This document shows, in pieces, positions 56,414 to 64,000 of a stretch of 64,000 bases of DNA. A model generated the notes under the pieces. It saw only the letters and a program-made list of their open reading frames with translations, made no database searches and was not told the origin of the DNA. The translations under genes were made by a program, and so were the position numbers. This stretch comes from an uncultured Burkholderiales bacterium (lineage in GTDB: Bacteria; Pseudomonadota; Gammaproteobacteria; Burkholderiales; JALYOK01). Each line of letters opens with the position of its first letter. Position 1 is the first letter of the stretch. The stretch lies in the NCBI GenBank assembly GCA_964488915.1, contig CAZAWU010000001.1, forward strand, positions 2,749 through 66,748. The letters are read 5' to 3'.

Positions 56414-57625
56414 ATGACATTCGCCACCGGCCGACACTTCCTGCAAATCCCCGGGCCCACCAACGTGCCCGAGCGCGTACTGCGTGCGATCGATCGGCCC
56501 ACTATCGATCACCGCGGCCCGCAGTTTGCGCAGCTCGCGCGCGAGTGCTTGGACGGCTTGCAGGCGGTGTTCAAGACACGTCAACCGATCGTGATCTACC
56601 CCGCCTCCGGCACCGGCGCATGGGAAGCGGCGCTGGTGAACACGCTTTCGCCCGGCGATGCCGTACTCATGTACGAGACCGGGCATTTCGCCGCAACGTG
56701 GAAAAAGCTGGCCGAATCACTTCAGCTAAAAGCACATTTCATCGCTGACGATTGGCGCAACGGTGTGCGCGCGGATGCGATCGAAGCGAAGCTCGCCGAA
56801 GACAAAGCCCATGCGATCAAAGCCGTGTGCGTGGTGCACAACGAGACCTCGACCGGCGTGACCAGCGATATCGCTGCCGTGCGCCGCGCCCTCAATCGCG
56901 CGCAGCATCCGGCGCTGCTGATGGTGGACACAATCTCTTCGCTGGCTTCGATCGACTATCGCGCCGACGAATGGGGTGTGGACATTACTGTCGCAGGCTC
57001 GCAAAAAGGACTCATGCTGCCGCCGGGACTGAGCTTCAATAGCGTGAGCGAGAGAGCGCTCGCCGCAAGTAAGACTGCCTCGCTGCCGAAATCGTACTTC
57101 CGCTGGGCTGACATGCTGGAAGCGAACAAGAACGGGTTCTTCCCTTACACACCGGCGACTAATCTGCTGTACGGCCTGCGCGAGGCACTGGCCATGTTGC
57201 AGGAAGAAGGGTTAGAGCATGTTTTCGCGCGCCACGCGCGTCACGCAGAAGCAACTCGGCGCGCGCTGCAAGCCTGGGGGCTTGAAGCGTGGGCGCGTAA
57301 CCCGCTCGAGTACAGCAATTCGCTCACTGCCGCGCTCATGCCGGGCGGACACGATGAACGCGAACTCCGCCGCGTGGTTCTCGAACGCTTCGACATGTCG
57401 CTCGGCTCGGGTCTGGGCAAGATCGCGGGGCGAGTTTTCAGAATCGGCCATCTCGGTCACTTCAACGATTTGATGCTGTGCGGCACGCTCGCAGGCGTCG
57501 AGATGGGTCTTGCCGCAGCCAGCGTGCCGCACCAGAGTGGCGGCGTGCAAGCAGCGATGGCGCACCTCACCGGTGAGGGCACGACCAGCAAGACCAACGA
57601 TCCAAGTACGGCACGGGCCGCCTGA
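56414..57625 (+). CDS. Class V aminotransferase (serine-glyoxylate / alanine-glyoxylate type)
   Basis: 403 aa. FLQIPGPTNVPERVLRA, HNETSTGV, and GSQKGLMLPPG (the PLP-lysine context). Confidence 0.9.
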   Translation: MTFATGRHFLQIPGPTNVPERVLRAIDRPTIDHRGPQFAQLARECLDGLQAVFKTRQPIVIYPASGTGAWEAALVNTLSPGDAVLMYETGHFAATWKKLAESLQLKAHFIADDWRNGVRADAIEAKLAEDKAHAIKAVCVVHNETSTGVTSDIAAVRRALNRAQHPALLMVDTISSLASIDYRADEWGVDITVAGSQKGLMLPPGLSFNSVSERALAASKTASLPKSYFRWADMLEANKNGFFPYTPATNLLYGLREALAMLQEEGLEHVFARHARHAEATRRALQAWGLEAWARNPLEYSNSLTAALMPGGHDERELRRVVLERFDMSLGSGLGKIAGRVFRIGHLGHFNDLMLCGTLAGVEMGLAAASVPHQSGGVQAAMAHLTGEGTTSKTNDPSTARAA

Positions 57626-57716
57626 TACTAATCATACGATAGCTATGGCAATAAGATTGGTAGCTATTTATTGAAGTATGCTATACCGTGTATGAATTTT
57701 TGACCGCACTTCCAGT

Positions 57717-57745
57717 TTGACCAGCGTCCGCGCCTATGGTCTAAT
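57717..57745 (+). promoter_or_regulatory. Candidate sigma-70 promoter of tRNA-Val
   Basis: TTGACC (57717-57722), 17-nt spacer, TCTAAT (57740-57745), GC-rich discriminator. The tRNA starts at 57761. Confidence 0.4.
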
Positions 57746-57760
57746 CCGCTTCCCTTCTCA

Positions 57761-57835
57761 GGGCGGTTAGCTCAGCGGTAGAGCACTGTCTTCACACGGC
57801 AGGGGTCACTGGTTCGAACCCAGTACCGCCCACCA
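57761..57835 (+). tRNA. tRNA-Val (anticodon CAC)
   Basis: GGGCGGTTAGCTCAGCGGTAGAGCACTGTCTTCACACGGCAGGGGTCACTGGTTCGAACCCAGTACCGCCCACCA. 75 nt, loop UUCACAC, encoded CCA. Confidence 0.9.
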
Positions 57836-58256
57836 AAAAATCAAAGGGTTAGAGAATAGCGGCCCGTTTTCTGCGAGCCTGCACTTTTCCTAATGCCCAC
57901 TGATAGCGACACCGCCATCGCGCCGCGCAACTGGATTCGCGACGAACTGCACGCTGAAGAAGCGCAAGAAGCCTAGGCGATCGCTGCGCTTGGCGGCGGG
58001 GAACCGCACGCCTTCGCTCATCTAATCTTCTTCGCGACAGCGTACGAATTGCCCTCCTCGCCCGCCGCGCTCATGCGTCAGGCGCAGCAGATGAACGAGC
58101 ACACGCAAGCGTTCATGGCGCACAATTTTGCGGTACGAAGCGGAGCTGCGTATCGCAAGCGAAATCGGGATGGGCACTACCGTTAGCTTCTACTTGGCCA
58201 TAGCCTAATCTCCTGGGGACTTTCGTGCTGCTGTTGCTGAGATTAGGCGACACTCA

Positions 58257-59507
58257 CTATCCGTGGCTCGGTGCCGCGCTATCGCCCGCGTGGAGAATAG
58301 CGCGAGGAATCAGCACCAGCTTGCCGAAATGCTGCACCGGCGGATCATCGCTCGACAGACAGATCTCTCGCAGCGCGCGCAGTACCTTGCCGGCCACGGT
58401 GTCGAGGTAGTACCAGCGTTCCAGCGCAGCTGATGAAAGCGCGCCCGGTTGCGCAGCGCCCGCTTCTTCGTAGAACGCGCGCAAGTCGTCGCACGCATTT
58501 TTCACGCGCGTAACCATCTCCGGGTCGCTATCTCCCGAGAAGGCCACGCTCAGACGCCCGACGATGAACTCGCCTGCCTGCTCGGGCGTCAACCCGCTCA
58601 GGCCGTAGGTCGTGCGCTCGTTGCTTCGCGCAATCTGGTCGAACCACGGCCGCAGTTGCGCGATTTCTTCCCGCAGCGCCTGGCCCAGCGCGGCGGTGCC
58701 TTGTAGCGCGGTCGGGGGACGGCTGAAGTTAACGGGGCACGAGGCACCCTCGAAATCCGCGCTTGGCGCGTAGGCGATTTCGGTTGCGAAATCGCGCAGA
58801 ATCGGGCCTGCGGGTTCCTCGAGCAGCGCAAGCGCCGCCATCAGCACGTCGGCTTGAAGCTTCGGCTCATGCGGCGCGCCGAATGGCCGACCGAGCGCAA
58901 ACGGCACCCATAGCGCCCGCGGCGGGCGCATGACTTCGGTGTGTTCGCGCACCAGGCTAACCAGCGTCGTTGCAACCCCTTCTTCCTCCAAATACTGACC
59001 GATGGCGCTCACGGCGCACGTGCAATTCGGTCAAACTGGGCAGAGCACCGCCGCATCGACGCCGTCGCGCTTTAGTAGACCAGCTAACTGGCGCGCAGTG
59101 TGCTCGAATTGTGTGGGCGGAAACGGCGCGCCCATGAACGAGTAGTGATAGTCGGCCACCGAGCCGATCGCCCCCTCATCGGCTAACTCGCGCAGCCGGT
59201 CCACCGGCAAGACGACGTTCACGTCTTGGCGGTAACCGGTGCGGTCGAAGTTGACCGAGATATGACTCATGACCAATTCGCTGGCCGCGGTGTCGGACGG
59301 TATGACGCGATACTCCGTTGCACCCGCGCCGCTGCCGAAGGAGCGATCTCCGCGGCGATGCAGGCCGGCGGTGCTTATCAGCGCGACACGGCGCTCGCGC
59401 AGCGCTGGGCCGTGCACCCATGGACGGGTGGTAAAGGTGGGCGCTCTGCGCCCAAGATTGAGCAGATGCTCGCGCTCCCATTCGGGTAAGTCTGCCAGGC
59501 GAACCAT
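58257..59507 (-). CDS. GrdB-family (glycine/sarcosine/betaine reductase component B-like) protein with in-frame TGA, candidate selenoprotein
   Basis: Track ORFs 59031..59507 and 58257..59012 are in the same frame, separated only by the TGA at 59033..59031. Read-through gives ...GVDAAVLCPV-U-PNCTCAVSAIGQYLEEEGVATT..., matching the GrdB selenocysteine context (..GVDAVILTSTUGTCTRCGATMVKEIE..). Confidence 0.7.
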
Positions 59508-59671
59508 GTTTGCTTCCTTCTCGTTAGTTATCGGCGAATCGTTACTCTAGCGCGCAGCCCGTTCACGGACAGGCAGCACAGCAAAAAAACAATAGAGCGC
59601 GCGTTTTAGTCGGCACCGGAGGCTTTGGCTGCGTCGTTGAGCCGATGCGCTTTGCGTCCCCCGCGCGCTGT

Positions 59672-60076
59672 TTATTGGGCAGCCTCAGCGTGATTGAGCA
59701 ATATGCGTGCTGCGGCGACGCTGCGATCTACTAGTGCGCGCGCGCCAGCACGCAGCTCGCGGCTGCCTTTGACTTCGACGACGTTACGCTCCATATCCTC
59801 GGCCGATCAGCCACGCGAGTGGGCTGTGTAGGGAAACTGCGGAAACAAGAATCCGAGTTCCGCGAAAAATTGCATCGACTGGCCCGCCACCGCCTGCACA
59901 TTGTCCTGTCCACCGGTGATGATGAAGGCTGCGACTTTGCTTCGAATGAGCACATTGTTGCGCAGTGTCATCTGGTTTTGTACGCAGTTGAGCCGCTCCG
60001 CCATTTTGAAGTAGAGCGAGCTGGCCGCCCCCCCAACGGATCGGGGTGGCGATGAGGACGACATCGGCCCACACAT
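59672..60076 (-). pseudogene. Decayed flavodoxin-like / NADPH-dependent FMN reductase family gene
   Basis: Homology is split over two frames (ADVVLIATPIRWG in one; SSLYFKMAERLNCVQ...AAFIITGGQDNVQAVAGQ...FPYTAHSRG in another), with the switch near a C7 run around 60027-60033. A premature TGA at 59809..59807 sits where W is expected (RG*SAEDMERNV...), and the frame then stays open to the TAA at 59674..59672. The N-terminus is missing, since the next gene ends at 60083. Confidence 0.6.
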
Positions 60077-60082
60077 CGAGCG

Positions 60083-60979
60083 CTATGTCCGCACTTTCAC
60101 CTCAACGCCTGCCCAGCGCTCGACATACTGCACAATCTTAGTGAAATCCTCGTTCGCGCCGATCTCCTGGCACGCGAGGAACCACGCCTGGCGCACGCCC
60201 TGACCGACGAACATCGGCACACCAAGCGCGTCGGCTTCTTCCAAGCACAGCTTTACGTCTTTGTACATGAGGCCGTTGGTGAAACCGAAGTTGAATAGGC
60301 GCGGCACGATGGCGCGTGGAAATTTGTCCTGCGAGGCGCTGTTGCGCCCTGTGCCGGCGTTGATCACATCCAGCATCACGTTCGGGTCGAGCCCGGCCTT
60401 GACACCCATCACCATCGCCTCCGAAGTGATCGCCATCGCAGTGGCGGAGAGCAGATTGTTGGCAAGCTTCATCACCTGCCCCATGCCCGGCTGCGCGCCG
60501 AGGTAAAACACTTTGCCGAATACCTCCAGCACCGGCTTCAGCCGCTCCAGCTGTGCCGCGCCGCAGGCCGTCATCACCGCTAACGTGCCTTTCTTCGCGC
60601 CGGCGACACCGCCCGAAACAGGCGAATCGACTAGGTCGATGCCCTTGGCGCTTAGCACTTGCGCGATCTCTTGCTCCACACGCGCGCCGGTGGTCGATAG
60701 ATCGATAATGGTGCGCACTTTCGTACCGCTTGCGACGCCGTTCGCGCCGAGAATCACCTCGCGCACGATCGCCGGCGTGGGCAGACTCACCAACACCGTC
60801 TCAACCTGCGACGCCACCTCCGCCGCCGACCGCGCTACCTGCGCTCCGCGCGCCGCCAGCGGCTGCGTCGCCTCCGCGCGCGCGTCGAAAATCGTTAGCG
60901 TGTAACCCGCGTCCAACAGACGCCCCGCCATCGGCCCGCCCATTTGGCCGACGCCGACAAAGCCTAAATGTTTGTTCAC
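60083..60979 (-). CDS. NAD(P)-dependent 3-hydroxyisobutyrate dehydrogenase-family oxidoreductase
   Basis: 298 aa. LGFVGVGQMGGPMAGRL (Rossmann) and the GxxGxGxxxKxxNN-type GMGQVMKLANNL. GTG start with GGAGG RBS. Confidence 0.9.
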   Translation of the reverse strand: MNKHLGFVGVGQMGGPMAGRLLDAGYTLTIFDARAEATQPLAARGAQVARSAAEVASQVETVLVSLPTPAIVREVILGANGVASGTKVRTIIDLSTTGARVEQEIAQVLSAKGIDLVDSPVSGGVAGAKKGTLAVMTACGAAQLERLKPVLEVFGKVFYLGAQPGMGQVMKLANNLLSATAMAITSEAMVMGVKAGLDPNVMLDVINAGTGRNSASQDKFPRAIVPRLFNFGFTNGLMYKDVKLCLEEADALGVPMFVGQGVRQAWFLACQEIGANEDFTKIVQYVERWAGVEVKVRT

Positions 60980-61066
60980 GACACCTCCACCCCTGTAAGA
61001 CTCTTCGAAACCCGTAAGTCTACTCGACGAAAAGAGGCCGCGCCTGTCCGTTGAACATGAGACTGC

Positions 61067-62278
61067 CTACTTGCCTAACACCTCTCCGAACCAAACCCAT
61101 TGCTTGCCGTCGAAGCGCTGCAAGCGCAGCCGCTCGATCGGTTGGTGGTCGGTCGGACTCGTATCGAGAGTTATACCGTCCAAGAACAGCGGCATCGCTA
61201 CATTGCGCAAGCTCTGCGCTTGGCGCATCACACTGGCGCGCGTCAAATCGTCGCCGCAGCGCTTGAGCACTTCGATGAGCGCCTTCGCTGCGTTATAGCC
61301 GTACGCGGACTGATCGATATCGTCGACCGCCTCCGGGAAGTACTGTCTCTGCCAGGCGAAGAACTCCTTCATGCCTGGTTCGTTCGCCCATTGAGGATCG
61401 GAAGGATCTTTCGCGAAGTACGCCTGAGTGATCCCTACGCTTTTCTCCAACCCTGCCGGCTTCAGGGTTGCGTCAATCGAGCCTCCACTGGTCGTCAGGA
61501 TGCGCAGTGGGCGCCAGCCGATATCCCAAATCTTACGGATTGCTTGCGCGGCGAACTTGGGTGTGGCGGCCAGTACCACCGTGTCGGCGCCGGAGGCTCG
61601 CATCGAGATAACTTGCGAATCGACATTGGTGTCTGCGATCTCGTAGCTCTCCCGTGCCACGATCGCCCGCGCAGCGCGCGCGCTGTAGCCTTCATCCAGT
61701 CCTTCTAGATAGGACTTGCCGATGTCATCGGACTGGTACAGCACGGCAACTTTCGCGTTCGGCCGCTCTCCAAGCAGATATTGAGCGTACACGCGCCCCT
61801 CGGAAACGCCGTTCGGCAACCAACCGATGCTCCATGGATAGTTTCTGTAGTCGCCGACCTTTGGGCTCATGGTAGAAGCAAAAATCATCGGCACTTTCTT
61901 CGCGTTGGTGTACTTGATGATGGCACTGATCGGTGCCGTGCCGAGCGGCTGAAACAAGAACAGCACCTGTTCGTGTTCGACTAGCCTGCGCGTCTGCTCC
62001 ACGGTCTTGGACGGATTGAAGCTATCGTCCAGACTGATAAGTTTGATCTTGCGGCCGTTCACACCGCCCTCGGCGTTAACTTTGTCGAAATACGCCCGAT
62101 GCGCGCGGCCGGTGATACCAAAGGCGGATACCGGTCCGCTGTAGGGCATGGTTTGACCGATCTTGATTTCGGTATCGCTGGCACCGGGGTCGTAGTTACC
62201 GGCGGCGGAAGCCACGCCAACCTTACACGCGAGAGCTGCAGCAATCGCAAATCGGGCAGGGGAGGCAGGAAATCTCAT
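61067..62278 (-). CDS. ABC transporter substrate-binding protein (branched-chain amino acid / LivK-like family)
   Basis: Trimmed to ATG 62278 (signal MRFPASPARFAIAAALACKVGVASA). EIKIGQTMPYSGPVSAFG is the typical family N-terminus. No permease or ATPase genes are adjacent. Confidence 0.8.
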   Translation of the reverse strand: MRFPASPARFAIAAALACKVGVASAAGNYDPGASDTEIKIGQTMPYSGPVSAFGITGRAHRAYFDKVNAEGGVNGRKIKLISLDDSFNPSKTVEQTRRLVEHEQVLFLFQPLGTAPISAIIKYTNAKKVPMIFASTMSPKVGDYRNYPWSIGWLPNGVSEGRVYAQYLLGERPNAKVAVLYQSDDIGKSYLEGLDEGYSARAARAIVARESYEIADTNVDSQVISMRASGADTVVLAATPKFAAQAIRKIWDIGWRPLRILTTSGGSIDATLKPAGLEKSVGITQAYFAKDPSDPQWANEPGMKEFFAWQRQYFPEAVDDIDQSAYGYNAAKALIEVLKRCGDDLTRASVMRQAQSLRNVAMPLFLDGITLDTSPTDHQPIERLRLQRFDGKQWVWFGEVLGK

Positions 62279-62372
62279 GCGTTCTATCCTCCTTTGTTCG
62301 TCAGCGCAATGTTTGAGCGAATCTGAAAGAGCTCCCCCTCCCGTTCGAGGGGGATTCATCGGCCGGAGCGTG

Positions 62373-62870
62373 CTAGCGCAGCTTATAGGTGCCCGTATTG
62401 CGATGACAACGCGCATAGGTGTTGGGGGCCACCGCAGGCACCTCGCCGAGGGCTTTGTAAGCGCCCTTACCGGTCATTCCGGTGTATTTGCCGCTGCCGC
62501 CCACGGCGATCCACTCGCCTTCAAACGGATTCTTTTCCGTGACATCCATGATCCACTTGTCGCCGTCCGCGTCGGTGATCTCACAGTAGCCGCCGCCGCG
62601 TTCCTTGCCGTCGAACGCAGAGTAGGTGCCGAAGCAGCGCGAGGACTGCAAATCGAACGGCCCACCGCCGGGATTGGCGTGGATCGCCGCATAAACTTTG
62701 TAGGCGCCGAACATCAGCTTATCCGTGACCGTCACGGGCTCTTCCATAGAAGCAAAGCAGTAGTTGAAGTCGAGCTTGCCTTCCTTCGGCATTTCCACTT
62801 TGGCAGCATTCGCGGCGCACAGCGGTAAAGCCACTAAGACGGGCAAGCACAGTTTACGGCGAGCGTTCAT
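62373..62870 (-). CDS. Secreted hypothetical protein (165 aa)
   Basis: Trimmed to ATG 62870 (AAGGAGG RBS). Signal peptide MNARRKLCLPVLVALPLCAANA. No family recognised. Confidence 0.6.
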   Translation of the reverse strand: MNARRKLCLPVLVALPLCAANAAKVEMPKEGKLDFNYCFASMEEPVTVTDKLMFGAYKVYAAIHANPGGGPFDLQSSRCFGTYSAFDGKERGGGYCEITDADGDKWIMDVTEKNPFEGEWIAVGGSGKYTGMTGKGAYKALGEVPAVAPNTYARCHRNTGTYKLR

Positions 62871-63073
62871 ACTGAATCCTCCTTGCGTTTGCGTTTCGAT
62901 GAAGGTCGTCGTTCTTGATAGTTCCTTACGATCGCCCACAAGTCGCGCGCCGAGCGAAAACCAATCTGCTGACCGGTTTGCGGGTCTTCGCACACGCCAA
63001 CCCACCTCTCGGTGGAGTCAAGCGTGCGCGCGTAAAGGCGCAAGATGAGGGTGTGACGCTGATCCAATGGCAC
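62867..63073 (-). CDS. Small basic-tailed hypothetical protein (68 aa), translationally coupled to the downstream gene
   Basis: Its stop TGA (62869..62867) overlaps the ATG (62870..62868) of the next gene (ATGA). Sequence HTLILRLYARTLDSTERWVGVCEDPQTGQQIGFRSARDLWAIV plus the KRKRK tail. The start (GTG 63073 or TTG 63067) is uncertain. Confidence 0.45.
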   Translation of the reverse strand: MPLDQRHTLILRLYARTLDSTERWVGVCEDPQTGQQIGFRSARDLWAIVRNYQERRPSSKRKRKEDSV

Positions 63074-63173
63074 GCTCCCAAGAACGTGCGCTCAGGCTAA
63101 GGTGGGTAATACTACGAATCGACTACGAATTCACAACAAAGGTCGCGTCTGCCAAATAAGATGCAGTATATGC

Positions 63174-64000
63174 TCATGAATCGCTCTGGTTATCATAAAC
63201 CGATCGGTACAGTACCTCCGTATCATAAGACGGCTTAACACCGAGCACGACCGACAGGGTTTGTCGTAGGCGACGATAGACGCCCAATGCCTCAGCACTG
63301 CGCCCGGCTCGGAGGTAACAGCGCATCAACCCCTGATGAAAGCGCTCGAATAGATTGTCAGCGTCGACGCCACGTTGATATAGCTTCGCAGCTGCATCCC
63401 AGTTTCCTTCTAACTCCAATGCTTGTGCTGCGATCTCAATGATGGCAATGAACTTGCTGCGCAAGCGCTCGCGCATCGGCAAAGCCCAGCCGGCATCGGC
63501 GTCGGCGCTCAAGAAGTCGCCGCGGTAAAGGGACAACGCGCGCGCAGCATCGCTTCGTTGCGCATCGCTCGCGTCGAAAGCGAGAGCGTCCACCCAAACG
63601 ACGGCTCGATTGAGTCCGATTTTGCCATCGCCAACCTCTATCGCCGCCACGTTTCCAAGTAGCTTGCGCAAGCGAGTCATGGCTACGTTGAGCGACTTCG
63701 TGGCGGCGTCACCTTCCTCCTCGCGCCAAAGCACGTCGATCAGTTTGCTCTCCGGCACTTCGGTACCGCCAAAGGCCACGATCGCTTTGAGCAGCGCCAA
63801 CAGTCGCGCCGGCGGTTTTCGCCCATAAGCGAGGGGCGCATCGTCGACCAGGATCTCGAAGTTGCCAAACGTGCGGACTTTGATAGGCCAGGGCCAGTTC
63901 TCGTTCGTTGGATCGTCGGCACTGATGCACCACTTGCGGGCAAGCGTGCGCACAGCAAGCGGTTCGATGTCGTGTTTCAGAGCAATAGCAAACATCCGCG
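63174..64000 (-). CDS. SARP/BTAD-type transcriptional activator, C-terminal winged-helix + BTAD part (5' end beyond window)
   Basis: IKVRTFGNFEILVDDAPL...RKPPARLLALLKAIVAFGG...LIDVLW is an OmpR-like wHTH. ARALSLYRGDFL...HQGLMRCYLRAGRSAEALGVYRRLRQTL is a BTAD. The frame stays open through 64000. Confidence 0.75.
   Translation of the reverse strand, partial: RMFAIALKHDIEPLAVRTLARKWCISADDPTNENWPWPIKVRTFGNFEILVDDAPLAYGRKPPARLLALLKAIVAFGGTEVPESKLIDVLWREEEGDAATKSLNVAMTRLRKLLGNVAAIEVGDGKIGLNRAVVWVDALAFDASDAQRSDAARALSLYRGDFLSADADAGWALPMRERLRSKFIAIIEIAAQALELEGNWDAAAKLYQRGVDADNLFERFHQGLMRCYLRAGRSAEALGVYRRLRQTLSVVLGVKPSYDTEVLYRSVYDNQSDS

Noticed and set aside
56375-56686. Upstream extension of the FAD/Fe-S oxidoreductase ORF (start at 56686)
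   Set aside because: It would overlap the divergent aminotransferase gene by 270 nt. The conserved FAD-domain N-terminus begins after ATG 56374.
59807-59809. TGA inside the flavodoxin-like sequence as a second selenocysteine codon (given the neighbouring Sec candidate)
   Set aside because: The aligned position is expected to be Trp (..RGW SAEDM..), i.e. a simple TGG to TGA change. The gene also has a frameshift and lacks its N-terminus, so a pseudogene is the economical reading.

Overview
High-GC (by eye about 60-65%) proteobacterial chromosome segment; the gene content (PDH complex with a lipoyl-bearing E3, sox genes, sigma-54 pilin) looks beta/gamma-proteobacterial. No species call is possible from the sequence alone. 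Most of the window is core metabolism and housekeeping: aceE-aceF-lpdA, purL, gltX, moaC, rlmJ, ygfZ, an lpxL-like gene, tRNA-Glu, tRNA-Ala and tRNA-Val. Many long antisense 'shadow' ORFs in the supplied track were discarded, and several track ORFs were trimmed to internal starts that have an RBS or a signal peptide.

Five things stand out.

1. Best candidate for an undescribed system (46.0-51.7 kb): a tightly coupled three-gene operon between purL and the tRNA/gltX block. It encodes a GAF + membrane-fusion protein, a PqqD-like + M50 site-2-protease + membrane-fusion protein, and a truncated SecA-like motor ATPase. There is no ABC/RND pump and no outer-membrane factor.
2. A visibly more AT-rich block at 22.3-28.1 kb: PP2C phosphatase, double-FHA protein, class-II cNMP-phosphodiesterase-like hydrolase, GAF-fused GspE/PilB-type ATPase, then a type IV pilin behind a consensus sigma-54 promoter.
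3. A partial sox set (soxX, a fused soxY-soxZ gene, soxA) with the SoxY carrier cysteine placed internally.
4. A GrdB-family ORF split by an in-frame TGA at the position of the family's selenocysteine.
5. Smaller items: a roughly 220-nt nested inverted-repeat element, a 3 x 324-nt tandem repeat inside a DUF1800 gene that the track omits because it runs off the window, a second sigma-54 promoter driving two tiny unknown ORFs, and a decayed flavodoxin-like pseudogene.

No CRISPR array, transposase, integrase or rRNA was seen. All family assignments come from motif recognition by eye. No searches were run.
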